Shown here: piece by piece, positions 24,653-37,128 of the stretch
Numbering within the stretch: position 1 is the stretch's first letter
Layout: each line of letters begins with the position of its first letter
NCBI GenBank assembly: GCA_965153285.1
Contig: OZ229111.1
Source: Podarcis tiliguerta
Lineage: Eukaryota
DNA: 64,000 nucleotides
Direction: 5' to 3' (one strand)
Translations under genes and position numbers: made by a program
The notes under the pieces: generated by a model
What the model was told of the DNA's origin: nothing
Database searches by the model: none
The model's input: only the letters and a program-made list of their open reading frames with translations

Positions 24653-26146
24653 CATTGTTAATGGCAGCACCTGCATTGTAGAATGCCCTCTCAAGAGGCT
24701 TGTCAGGCTGCAGCTCTGTATTTATTAGAAGTCTGGCAGTCATGAATTTTATCTCAGACTTACCTAACCATTTTTTTAACGAATCACTGCTTATTTACTT
24801 GTTATTCAGGTTGCTTATTGTTAAGCAATTTTATTGTACCAATCTGTTTCGAACCATTAAAAAAGAAAACTCCCTGAAACAGCATTAAAGAATGTGGCAG
24901 GATGTAAAATCAAATCTGATGAAGACAGATGTCTCTGTTGACTACCACCAGTGAGTATCACATCTTGAGGAACTCTGCATGAAGCTCAAGGGTATATAGC
25001 CCCATAAATAGAAATTAACAATGGCTATATTCCTCTGTTCGGCTCTGCACACTGGAATTCTATTGATATTAATGGGCATCAAGTATAATTCAGTGCAGGA
25101 CTGAAAGCCAAAGAAAATATTTTCTCAAACCATGGGACCTCGCACAAACAAAGTTGCAAACATCACCACTTGGGGCTCAGAAGTGATTTAAATGGGATCT
25201 CTATTTGTTTTGCAGGCATAAAAGCAAACATATCCCGTGTGCCCGAGAGACAAATGTGGTTCTACTAAAACCCAAGGTAAGTTTCCCTTGCCTCAAGTCA
25301 GGTCTGTATTTCATTTGAAGTACTTAATGTTCAGGTCCTTGAAATGCTGGATGGTAGAGCTAAATGAGCTTGCTTTGTTTGAGCTAACTTCTCCTTACAT
25401 ATACATTTCTAAAAATGTATTAAGGTTTTTCCTGCAAATGAAACAAAGCAAACCACTTCTACCAGATGGTAATGACATTGGCTACTTCATAGGGTTACTT
25501 CCATTAACAGATGGACTAACTTCCATGCCTTCCAGGTTATACAGCCTAAGTTTCTTTCTCATCTACTTTAAATGCCCACCATACTACAGGTCTGAGGACT
25601 GTGACTCACTCATGCTTCCTGTACTTCTGTATTTGTACATGAAGTTCATGTCAAAAGTCATCATGAAAGGAGAGGCCACATTTCAAATGTTAATATAGTC
25701 CTTGGAGCTTCACAGATTCTAGCTAATACACAGCAGAGAAGGGTGACTTTTTCCTCTTACATTCATTCTCATCTCTGTCACAATGCAGGTGGGGTGGAAT
25801 TTTTTCCATATTAATCTAGGAAAGCTAATCCCATCTGTGGTAAAAGAGAAAGCGGTGGGGGAAAGAAAGCTATCCCTGAGGGTTAAAACATACACAATCA
25901 GACATGACAAGCAGTGCAAGCAACATGAGGTCCAATAGAGGTTATCAGGGGGAAAAGGAAAGGTACTTATTAGAAGTTGAATTGCCATACATAATTGTGT
26001 GAAGGGTTCAACTGGTATCTTGACAGCCAATCTTGAAAAAGCAAGAGTCTTTTGAAAAGGAGTATGTCAAGGGAAAAGTATGAGAAGTGTGTGTCCAAAA
26101 TATATCCAGTCAATCTTCTTGTTAAGACAGTGAACAAAAGGAAAGC

Positions 26147-26147
<1 letters not shown>

Positions 26148-26181
<34 letters not shown>
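26148..26181 (+). repeat. (CA)n microsatellite
   Basis: Read directly. Confidence 0.95.
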
Positions 26182-26186
<5 letters not shown>

Positions 26187-26368
26187 CCCAAGGTAATAAT
26201 GTATGATGTTTCTGCCAGCGCCTAAGACTGGCCTGTCACGCACCAGGGTTAAGTGGTTTTTTTCCAGGCAGCATCATGCATGTGGATGCAGAGAAAGTAA
26301 CTGGTGTCTTTAATGGTGCAACAAGACTTTTCAAGTGCTGGTCCTATCAGGGAGAGGAGGGGATGATC

Positions 26369-26560
26369 GGAAGTGCCATAGCTCAGAGGTAGAGCATCTG
26401 TTTTGCATGCTGAAGATCCTAGGTTCAATCCCTGCTACCACTAGGTGGGACTGGGAATGTCCTCTGTCTGAAAACCTGGATAGTCATTGCCAGTCAGTCA
26501 TACTGATCTAGATGGAATCAATGGTCTGACTCAGTATAAGGCAGGTTTTGATGTTCCTAT
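26369..26560 (+). mobile_element. tRNA-derived SINE (Squam2-like)
   Basis: A box TAGCTCAGAGG (26379), B box GGTTCAATCC (26422), body ending ctcagtataaggcag...atgttccta. Confidence 0.8.
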
Positions 26561-27464
26561 TTGGCTTCTACTTCAGACAGCAAAATTTCATGGGCCAGCA
26601 CTGCCAATGATTAAGATCCCAAACAGTTCTCTGTCCTCCCCAGTAGGCATACACAAATGGTACTCACCCTTGCTTTGGCACCAGAATGGCTCTTATCCCA
26701 GGCCCTCTAAACAGGAAGCTGTTCATTTTAGGTCAGCTCCTCACTTTCATTTTTTGGACTCAGTTACAGATACCCAAGTAGAAACTACAATAGTAGTAGT
26801 ATTTCAGAAATTCCTTGGTACAGAAATAATATGAGAGATATAAAGGGAGAAGAGGAGGAATGAATAATAAATTGTCAATTGTCAAACTATGACACAGGAA
26901 CAGAAAAGAATTAAATATGAAAAAGAAGTAAGAAAAGAAAGATGGATCTAAAAGAAAGAAAGAGAAAGTTAGATGAAGAGGATTTCATTCCTAAGGAGAA
27001 TATTCCTTGGGCCAGTTGGCAATGGAGCATTCCTGTTTTCCTGGCAAGCACCCGAATGCTTTCCTGTTCCAAGTTGACATATGTTCCACCAACACAGAGA
27101 TGAGGTTTTAAATGCAAATGTGTCATCTGGAATGACCTGAGGGTATTAGTAGTTGTATTTAAGGATGCATGCCCAAATTCATGGGAGAGATAATTGCATT
27201 TTAAAAAATTATTTCTTAAATTTGGATCCTGCCTTTCCACCAAATGTTGTTCAGACATATACACTAGCCCTGCATCTATTTCTGTATATCAAGCAGTGAC
27301 CTTTAACATCAGCTCAAGAAACCTCATGTTGAATGGTCAGAAATAATTTAGATTCATTGGTCAGTCTGTCTCATTTGGTCATTAGTTATTGTATTATTTA
27401 TTTATTGCACTTACATCTAAGTGGTCTTACAGTTCAGTATTGTTCTTTCATTCATCTTGTTTAA

Positions 27465-27716
27465 AAGAAGAAGAAGAAGAGTTTGGATTTGATATCCCGC
27501 CTTTCACTCCCTTTAAGGAGTCTCAAAGCGGCTAACATTCTCCTTTCCCTTCCTTCCCCACAACAAACACTCTGTGAGGTGAGTGGGGCTGAGAGACTGC
27601 AAAGAAGTGTGACTGGCCCAAGGTCACCCAGCAGCTGCATGTGGAGGAGCAGAGACGCGAACCCAGTTCCCCAGATTACGAGTCTACCGCTCTTAACCAC
27701 TACACCACACTGGCTC
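27465..27716 (-). mobile_element. Young tRNA/CORE SINE (Squam3-like) with (TTC)n tail
   Basis: The - strand starts agccagtgtggtgtagtggttaagagcggtagac...ggttcgcgtc (A and B boxes), then a CORE-like body, an L2-like end and TTC repeats. CpGs are retained. Confidence 0.85.
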
Positions 27717-30700
27717 TGCAGCCACCACCTCTGCAACTCTACATGACATACACAACTGATGCCCATGATTTAATTTGCCCAAGGCAGCTTCTGGCAACCT
27801 GGTACACTTCAAATGTTTTGGACTACGACTCCCAACTGCCCCAGGCAGCACAGCTGCGGTGTAAAGGATCACCAGGACTTTATGTCAACACTTGCTTCTC
27901 AAACATATGTAGCAATCATGAAGAAGTATGCTGCTTGATGGATAAATAATGTTTTGCTTGCCCACTGAATAATCACAACCAGCTGCTGCATTGAGGACCA
28001 CAGATAAAAGGTGCCAGGCCAGAGGGCATAAGGTGCAGGCAGGTTTTGGTCTTGGCAATTCTTCTTTCAGAAATGAAGCGCCACTTGTGTTTATCACATC
28101 CTGATGCTGAAACTTCACATTATTAACTTACAGGTACTTCACTGCTCCCAACTATGTAAATATCCAGAGTGTGCAGGTAAAGCAAATCTAACCTGAAGAC
28201 CAGATGAACCCAGGTACATTATCTTTATCCTTAAGTACACAAGTGGAAGCTGACTTAGCTTACATTTAAACAGGAAGATGTGATTAGTCTTTAATATTTT
28301 AAGTGTTTGTTTAACTTTAGTTTCCCAGTTCATTACCTCAGCTTTAAAGCTACTGAAATGCAATTAACTGAACAGGCTAAGAAGGGGTGGGAAGAACTAA
28401 TTGCTGGCCAAGATATGGGCTTGAAGACATAAGTGATTGAGCAATTCAACAGAACCTGTTGGGTGTGATTTAATTACATGAGAATTTTTTTTGGGTGTTG
28501 CACTTAGAGAAATTAAATAAGAATGACTTTAAGGTGGGTTTAAAAGGCAGCCATATTTAGATGCAAGCAAAAAATACATTTCCTGGCACAGGTCCTTGGC
28601 CATCCACAAAACATGTTGTTCAATGCAACTCACGGCCGTCTCACATTAAGGAGATGAGATACGGCTTACTGCCTGTGTGGGACAATAAAATTGCTCTTTT
28701 TGAAAGACCATTAGTGGGCAACCACCCTAAACTATTTTTAAAAGCATTTAACTGATTCTCTAATGCTCCTTATTATGGCTGAGGGCATGACCCACTTGGA
28801 ATAACATCCAAGGCTATTCTCTCTTCAGTTCTAAAGCCAGACTTTCCTGGGAGGGGAAGGGAATAGAGAGGGTCCAAAGGAAGCCCAGTGTTTCAGAGAT
28901 CATGTATTGTAAGTTAACTGATATGGACCACTTGCTGGGGGCTCTGCCCCATCCACGCTCCCTTTTGTTTTCAGGTATGTGTCATGTTCACTCAAAAGAT
29001 TATATGGCCAGAAGACGACTATAGGTTCCCCATCTCTGGTTTAGATTGGAAGCTCCTTGGGGAAATATTCATTGACAAAGTAGAAGGGGAGGAAATGACT
29101 GGATGTTGTGGCACACTGTATGCACAGCACTCCACAAAAATTCAGAAATAAAACAGAGAACGACAGAGAATTCCTAATGCTCTGGTTCTCATTTTGTTTT
29201 GCTGGGTGCATAAATGTTTTTACCTTGGATGCACCTGGCAGTATCATTTAAAAAAACAAAACCACTTCTCTTTTTACAAGGAACTGTGCCAATCACTCAC
29301 GTTGTGCTTCCTAATACCCCATTTGGAAGTCTCCCATACCCCTATCAAGCATTTAATAGCTAGATTGCATTTCTTGAAACATCAGTAGTGTATAAATGTG
29401 TCTATTCATATAAAGTTATAGCCACATATTTTGGGATTAGAAGTCTCCCTAACTTGATTCACCACCAGGCAAAGAGACAGAAAGAAGTTACAGTCTGGGA
29501 GAAGCTGGGAAGCACATTGCTTGCCCTGAGTAGGTGACTAGCTACTGTATTAGAAAAGTTAAGTCTGGTTAAAAAGAGAAAGCATTTCTACCACCAGAGG
29601 GTAGTACAAGAGTGAGGAAAAAAGAAGAAAAATGTGATTTCGTTGGAAGTTCTGGAACTTGAGAATTTTGAATAAAAGACTAACTTGCTGGGTGGCTTTC
29701 CCCTGTGTTGCTGTCTATAAATGTGTGGCTCTGGAAAACTTAGTGGTCTATGAAAAAATATCCACCAAAGCAGGGGGAACATGTACTAAAGACTTTTGCG
29801 CATCTTTCATAGAAGTCAGGTGGGACATTTAAATCTTATACAGCTTTCCTTATATGTCTACTCAGAAGTAAAGCCCATGGAGTTTGATGAGAGTGTGCAT
29901 AGGACTGCAGCTTTTGCTCCAAGAAGAGTGATTCTGGAGGTTTCAATGGAATGAGAAATGGTAAATCATAGGTCACCATAAGATTCTTGAAGGAGGAATC
30001 TGTCCACTTGTATTCTGCAAAACCTCATGCATACTAATGGTGTTGTAATGTAGTAGCTATGTAAAGAAACAATAGAAAGAATGACAAAAGAGTAAGCTAA
30101 AATTACTGGGGGATATCCAAGGTTAGTCATAGTAGACCCACTAAAAGCAATAGACTTAAGTAATGGAGTCTACTCAGAGTATGACTTAGTTTGTTTTTAA
30201 CCACTGTCCTAGAACCAAGTAATGCCCAGAGAGATAAGGATGAAAATATAACTTTTAAAAAGTTATGTAATTCCTTCTGTCCAGTGAAACAAACCATGCT
30301 AATAAATGTGTTCTCTGTGAAATCAGATACGCTCTCCATAATATGGCAAACACACAAATGTGCAATTGTCACTTTCTAGTGCCTAGAGGAATGCTTCTAA
30401 TTTCCTTTGTATTTAATTTATTACCTGTGGCCAACCACAGAGCTCGATCCAACTGCCTAGGTTTCTGCTTCCAGTTTCTGTGACCCACTGAGTTTGGATC
30501 ACCAAGTGGGCAGAGTAAACACAGCAGAGCTTGCCTTTTGAAATCCAACTGCTTTGTCACAGAAATGTATTCTTTACTGCTTTGGTTCTCAGTGAAAGGC
30601 GCCTAAGACTATGGTTCCTCCAAACAAAGATTCAGGAATATAAGACCTTCACAGGTATTTAAAGGAAATGAAGACAACCTAAAACTGTGTGGTTGCAGTG

Positions 30701-30991
30701 GTGGGGAGAGTGGAGATCTTATTTCTATAGTAGTAGCCAAAACATTTCAGGTGGCATGTTGTTTCAAGGTAGTGGTTGCTCCTTGGATCTCCCAGGACCA
30801 GGTCACCCACTTTTCAGAAAACTGGGAACAAGGATGAAGAGAACAGGGAATCAGATTGCTTAGTAATGAACTGTGCTTAATTTATAAGTGTCAGAGGTCA
30901 GTCCTGACTGGGGTTGCCTTTTCAATCTTGCTCCGCATGAGGGCTGCCTATGATGACTTAAGCAACAAAGACATTTTGATTTATTCATACT

Positions 30992-31319
30992 CAGTGGCGT
31001 AGCGTGGGTTGTCAGCACCCGGGGCAAGGCAAGTAATTTGCGCCCCCTAACCCGGGGCAAGGCAAGTAATTTGTGCCCCCCCCCCCGCTGCACTGTCCCT
31101 CCCCCAGATAGTCCCTCGCTCTCTCTCCGCACCGCACGCCTGGCACCCTCCCCTCCACAGTGGGCGGCGACCCGGCGGCTCGGCTCGGATTCGCACAGCC
31201 AGCACTGCAGTGAGAGTGAGTGAACCAGGTAGGGGCAGAGAGCTGCGAGTGCGAGCGCCCCCCCCAGATGTTACGCCCTGTGCAGCCGGCCCCCCTGCAC
31301 CCCCCACGCTACGCCACTG
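30992..31319. mobile_element. Young GC-rich hAT MITE
   Basis: Perfect 17-bp TIR cagtggcgtagcgtggg / cccacgctacgccactg. Perfect 8-bp TSD ttcatact (30984-30991 and 31320-31327). Confidence 0.93.
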
Positions 31320-31800
31320 TTCATACTGCACTTTTTTTAAAAGAGCAAACAGTGCACATAAGTTACGCCAGTTATCCATATGCTTACCTTGTAAGGTAGG
31401 TCACTATTATTATTTTATGACTTGTAGGTGAGGGGCTGTGGCTGAGACATAGTGGCTTGCCCAGCAACCACTAAGGGTCTTTTCCTCCCCATTGTTTGGC
31501 ATACCTAACAACCACCACCCCACCCCCCAATAAGTGTACCTAAACTCTGAGAAATTAAGAAGAGACCTGATGTATAAGGCTGTTCTCACAGTGTCCAACC
31601 AGATATAGATGGGAAGGCAAATGCAGAGCATAGGATCTCTGCACAGGATCAGGCTGCACTGTCACAACCCTCGCATTCCTATGTATGCTTACCTGAAATG
31701 GAAACACAGCGCACTGAACACAATGGCACATACTTCCCACCGCTTATGCTCAGATGCCTTATTCTCCAGTCCTAGCAGTGTAGTTCCTAACAGAGCTGGG

Positions 31801-31944
31801 TATGGGCGTAGCCAGGATTTTTGATGGGGGTGGGGGAGGACTCTTGGGGGGGGCAGTATCAACGCAATTGGTCAGTTAAGTATTTCTATTGTTTTACTTG
31901 ATGGGGGGCAGCTGCCTCGCTGCCCCCTCTCGGCCATGCCCATG
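31801..31944. mobile_element. Older hAT MITE
   Basis: TIR tatgggcgtagcc / ggccatgcccatg. TSD gagctggg / gaactgcg (6 of 8). Confidence 0.7.
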
Positions 31945-32740
31945 GAACTGCGTAAAAATGTGCAATCCTTCCTGCACACAGGAAGTCCCCTCTCCCCCTC
32001 CATATTTCTGGTGGTGAAAATAGTCTGGCCAATTAAACCTGGTTGGCAAAATGAGTTACATGGTTCTCATGGGGGTCCATGAGACACGCCTGTGCTTCTG
32101 GGGAAAAAATCAAAGCCCCAGACAGTAAAAAGCAGGAAGTTTATTCTTTGGTGGAAAATAAATACCTGTACAAATAAATTAATTCTCTAATAATTATAAT
32201 TCCTCAGGTTTCAGGCCTGAATCCTATCTCAAATAGCTGTAATACCACGTCAGCCTTGACGATACAGCGGGTTAGTGCTAGTTTTTAAAAGGAGAAATGA
32301 AAGAGCCGGAAAGCCTGGCTGCTGTGTGAGGCGTCACGGCGGAAAAAGAAAGGCGCTTTGCTTATGCTCAGAGGCACTCTTTCCCCCTCGGCCGTGAGTG
32401 AGCCTGGTGCATGGAGCCCAAGCTTCGCGAGGTATCCTGCTGCAGCTCCTGTAGCGCGACGCTGAAGAGGACGCCCTGCGCGGAAGGCTCCGCTCTGCCC
32501 GCCCCTCCCTCCTTCCAAAACTTTCGCCCGACCTTCCCTGCCAAAGTTCCGAAGTTTGGTGACGTCAGCGGCGCGGCCGCCAATCCGCGCCGAAGGTGTT
32601 ATTTTGGGGAGGGGAGGGGGCGGCTCCTCCGGCTCCGGCGCCCGCCTGCTTCGCCTTGCCCAGTCCATGGAGAGGCGGTCGGCTGCGAGCGCCCCTGGAT
32701 CGCTCCCAGCTCCGGAGGCTCTGATCCCGGGACCTGGGCG

Positions 32741-32761
32741 CTGCTGCTGCTGCTGCTGCTG
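32741..32761 (+). repeat. (CTG)7 in the presumed SLIT3 5' UTR
   Basis: ctgctgctgctgctgctgctg read directly. Confidence 0.95.
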
Positions 32762-33170
32762 CCGCGGTCTCCAGGGGACAGGCTGGGCTTCCCGCCAGGC
32801 GCTTCCGAGTGCGCTCCTGGGCTGCTGAGCTCCGTCGCTCCTTCTCCAGCAACCGGTTACCTGGACTGCGAGGCAGAGCAGGATCGGGCAGGTTGTGGCT
32901 TAAAGCAACGGACCGGCCCCCTCTCTTCCACCCGCCCGCCCGTTTTGATCCTGCGCGCTTTCCGCCTGGGCTTGAAAGGCAACGCGACGATCCGTCCGGG
33001 GACTCGGAAAGAGATGCCTCCCGCACCGCCGGGCTTCCCTCGGCTGCTCTGAGATCGCTGCGTGGCGCCCTCGAGGGCTGCTGGTTGGGATCCGAGGCGC
33101 TTTTTTGGTGGGGTTCTCTTTTTCTCCCTCCTCCCCCCTTCCCCACTTTTGCCCGGAGGAGAAGGCGAGC

Positions 33171-33358
33171 ATGCTGGGCGCAGGGAGAACGAGCTGGGGG
33201 CGCCTTGGGGTGCTCCTCTTGGGGATGTGGAGCATCGCGCTGTGGCAGCGGACCGAAGGATGCCCGAGTAAATGTACCTGCTCCGGATCCAATGTGGATT
33301 GCCACGGACTGGGACTCCGAGCGGTGCCCCGAGGCATTCCCAGGAATGCGGAGAGACT
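33171..33358 (+). CDS. SLIT3: SLIT3 coding exon 1: signal peptide plus LRRNT cap ([63 protein letters not shown])
   Basis: ATG at 33171 (agcATGc, A at -3), hydrophobic leader, then CPxxCxC...[22 protein letters not shown], which matches the vertebrate SLIT3 N-terminus as I recall it. Ends in phase 2 at CT|GTGAGT (GT at 33359). Confidence 0.95.
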
Positions 33359-34024
33359 GTGAGTACCAGCCGGAGGAGGGGGAGGCTGCTTTGCCCGCCA
33401 GGTTGCCGAGAAGGAGACTGCTCCTGCCGGGCGTAGATTAGACACAGCTGTTAAAATAAGATAGCCTAAGATAGAAACGGGGAGAGTGGTGCTTTCGCCG
33501 GGTTGGACCGCTGGCCACTGGCAGCTTCAGGGCACTGGAGTTCCTGGGGATTGTGAGCCACGGGGAGGTGCCGGGCTGCTCCTCTTAACTTCCTGGCAAG
33601 CAACAGAGCTCAAAGCACTCCAGGAAGAGAGAGCCTTATAAAGAGCCTTTGTGGGTTTCTTTTCTAATTGCATAGCAGCTTAGCCATTGTGTGTAAATGC
33701 TCAGGAAGGAAAAGAGGGAGTGTGTGGTGGGAGAACCACATGCAACAAGTATGCTTGGCATTTTTCCACATGATGCTCACTGGAATGTCTCACCAGACTT
33801 TGCGCTGGCTTACTGACATTTGCACATCCACACTGCATTCGCTCAAGGTGCATCTGCTTGGTTGCAATTGGAGGGGGCATCTGACTGCCATAGTCAATAT
33901 GTAGGGTCCTTTAAGCCTAGGCTGGTTTGTGGTTGCCTGCAAGGCTAACCCGAACAGTCTGTGACTAGTTCAGCCTCTGCCTGTTTCTACAGCTGGTTTT
34001 CCACGCGCATTACATAACTCTCTC

Positions 34025-34050
34025 TGTGTGTGTGTGTGTGTGTGTGTGTG
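34025..34050 (+). repeat. (TG)n microsatellite
   Basis: Read directly. Confidence 0.95.
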
Positions 34051-34294
34051 CCTAGTGGATTTGGGGACAGATGGGCCCAAAAGATCTTCAAATAAAGAAA
34101 TCCAAACATAAATGGGATATGTTAAGTGACTGGAACCTTACTTTTCCCATGTCTTGATAGATTCACTAGAGCAGTTCAGGAAATAGTTATCTTATCCCTG
34201 ATCTAATGTGTGATTAGTTTTCATTTAGCATTTAGTAGGATTATGAAACCAGCCATATAGCCACAAATGAAAAGGCCTACATATTCCTCAGAAG

Positions 34295-34710
34295 TGAAAG
34301 AGCCTTATGGCACCTTAAAGACTTAACAGAGTCATTGTGGCACAAACTTTCATGAACTAATGACACTACATTGGATGCCCATCATGTTATATCCTCTGTT
34401 GGCTAAGGATGCGTACAAGAACCCATTCCTATTACACATGGGTACAGTTTTAAAAATGTAAACAGTGAGGCTTAAGAATCATAAGATGCAGGGAGTAGGT
34501 CTTTAACACTTGTGTTTACAAAATGGATAAACTGTGTGTGTGTATTAATCATTCATAATCTCTCTCTCTCTGTATATATTATCTATGTATCTATCTGCGT
34601 ATATGAAATCTGCCAACACAACACTTCATGCATCAAATGCACTAGTCTATGCCACAGTGTTTCTTGAAGGTGTCGAAAACTGTATTTCTGCTATGGCAGA
34701 CTAACACAGA
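34295..34710. mobile_element. Penelope-like remnant with inverted terminal repeats
   Basis: ggcaccttaaagacttaac...tgtggcacaaactttc (34310-34355) pairs in inversion with cttcatgcatc...tatgccaca...gaaggtgtc...gcagactaacac (34620-34710). Confidence 0.6.
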
Positions 34711-37128
34711 TTTTTTATATATTCCTAGTTACTGCCCTGTATTACTTTCCAAATACTTAAATGCCTAGTTGCTTTCATTTGTGCACCCCATTGCCCTCTT
34801 TGTATCAAGTAATTTAATGTCGCTAAAACTTTAATCTAAAATTCTTGGATTTTTTTTTTAAAAAACCAGATAGGCCATTGGTTCATTATAGCAAAATCCC
34901 ATAGGGTCATTAATATGCCCTCAAGTATTTAAATACCATCTTTAGGACCAGCTAATGCTCATGCTTGCACGGTGAATATCGGTCCTAATGAAGGCACTGC
35001 TTTGCTGACCCTGTGAAATCCTTACAAATAAGTTCCATTGTGAATTAAGTGGATTTAGGTCTAAGTACATGTGTTCAGTATTGAGGTGTCAGTTATGCAG
35101 CTGGAAGCGTGCAGAACTGAACACTTCAGATCACCTGCGTACCGTTTCACTATCTGGAGCCAGTAATAAATGAACTGAAGTATGGCTTAAATATGTCTTC
35201 ACATGGCTAGTGACTGAGATTCTAAAAGCTTAAACTTGATTTATGAAAATCTTCAAAGGAAAAAGTCTAGCAGACGGATCTCGACAGAACCTTGCATTTG
35301 AAGTTCTCTAATAATTTCACTCTACCCTTATGAAAAAAGAAAACATAACATTGAAAATGAGTGTCAAAATTTTTCTTTTGGAGCTGAATCCTTTTGGTTC
35401 CAGATGTTGAGCTTCAATCAACAGTGACATTTGATAGGGTCAAAAAACATTTGAAAATATGGTGTACAGTATACTGAAAATTATGACCCCACACTGTTAT
35501 GATCTTAGTAATGTTGTCATCTTAGTAATCACACCATGTTTACACTTTGAAATATGAGTCTGAATAAACCTTCAGAACTACAATTTATCCCCAAATGTTG
35601 GATGTTTTAGTTGCTAGTATGGACCTGTGGCCAGAATTAGGCACCTCTCATGCTTTCTGTGCGCCTGTGCAAAGTTAATGGAGATGTACCTAGTTTTGTG
35701 CCAGGACAATACAGCTTTAGCCAAAGTCTTTTTTTCCTCTTGGAGGCAGGTGTTCCAAGAGATCCCCAACCCAACTGCAAACTATTCCCCTTCTTGGTGA
35801 GAAAAATCCTGACCAAATCTAGGTACAGGTACATATAAGATTAAATACCTACATCCCTGGTCCTCCCTGCATCCTGCTTCTTTTCCCATCAGTCGGTTGG
35901 GACAGGCACCACTATCACAAGCTGGTACTTTGGAGAAAGTTCCACATTGCTATGACAGGTATTGCTTGTGGCCCTTGGGGATAACAGGTCTGAAAAAGCA
36001 ATAATTTTTGGTTCATAGCGAAAACTTGATGCATTTGTGGAACAATGTTGTGAATCAAAATGTAGGAATTGATGTAGCAGGGTGGTATTTAGTTCTGCAT
36101 GCCTTTTAGTTGTGTGCTGCTAAACCCTCTATTAGTTTGCCATTTTTAATATGCCAGAAGACATGGAATAGAAGCCTGCACACCAGCTGCTTAAATACTC
36201 CAGCTTGATTAAAGTAGTTTGCAGTGCAGTTCTATACATGTGTACTGAGAAGTAAGTTTTATTGTTTTCAGTGGAGCTTACTTCCAGGAAAGGGTTTATA
36301 AGATTGCAACCTTAACTTTCTCTATCGGATTTGAGTCCAGGCAATGCAGTTCACATACAAGGGACTATGACTTGTTGTACTCAGTGGGACTTACTGTGAG
36401 TAAGCATGACTAGGATTGGGCTGTAAATGTCTTAAGAGTAAAATAATACCCTCACATTTTAAATTATCTGTGCGCTCCTCAGTGTGCAAATAGTAAGAGC
36501 AATCAAGACTTTGCCAGAGTGAGATATGAGAAAAGCAAAACCTGATAAAGTTTCACGTCAGTGTATCATGTGAAAAGCCCCACATAAGCCAAGAAAGCAA
36601 AGAATTCACCAACAAAATGAGAATGACTTTTACTGCGAGGACTTAATATGAGCCAGCTTTTTGCCATTTCTTTTGCTGTTAATACATATGAGCTTGTGTT
36701 TTGGAAATCACATTTAAACCCTCAAGTATCATTATGATTCTGTTTTTCCCAAGCTAAAGCAGGAATTATAAATATATTTCAGATTTAGACTTGTCTGAAC
36801 TTAGTTAAGTGATATATATGTGTGTGTGATTGCATCCAGACCTCTTAAACCTACAATTTAGCTTGCTGCTTATGGTCAAATAAATCCATTCTTTCTTGGA
36901 AATAAAACCTAAATTAGGTTCCATTTCTATGCATGCTTTACTTTGGAGTATGTCACATTGAACTCAGGTAAGACTTATTTTCCAAGTGAACATGGGCAGT
37001 CTCTTGGCCACATGCAGATATGGGATGGGGGTTATTGGTGTAGGAAATTGTAGAGTGTGCTTGGAAAGAACCCTGAGATTATGACCACAGTCAATCTAAA
37101 ACAAATGTCACTGGGAAATAGCATAGTG

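Larger units (their letters stand above)
32310..33600 (+). promoter_or_regulatory. SLIT3: CpG island containing the SLIT3 promoter, 5' UTR and exon 1
   Basis: Abrupt GC and CpG enrichment against a CpG-depleted background. TGACGTCA at 32560-32567, CCAAT at 32580-32584, GC boxes near 32499-32504 and 32616-32623, no TATA box. Boundaries are approximate. Confidence 0.88.

Noticed and set aside
26369-26445. tRNA-Ala gene
   Set aside because: Degenerate stems and continuation into a SINE body show it is a SINE head.
28960-28980. Recursive-splice-like motif ttttgttttcAG|GTATGT
   Set aside because: It lies upstream of the SLIT3 promoter with no evidence of a transcript, and such motifs occur by chance.
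32411-33052. 213-aa ORF with a signal-peptide-like WALLLLLLLP
   Set aside because: The poly-Leu is just the (CTG)7 repeat, the start lies upstream of the likely TSS, and I recognise no homology.
33105-33170. N-terminal extension of SLIT3 shown in the ORF track
   Set aside because: It begins at GTG. The ATG at 33171 gives a properly placed signal peptide.
32285-33445. Several long overlapping ORFs (127-246 aa) on both strands
   Set aside because: Expected in GC-rich CpG-island DNA with few stop codons. Only the frame ending in the SLIT3 LRRNT is recognisable.
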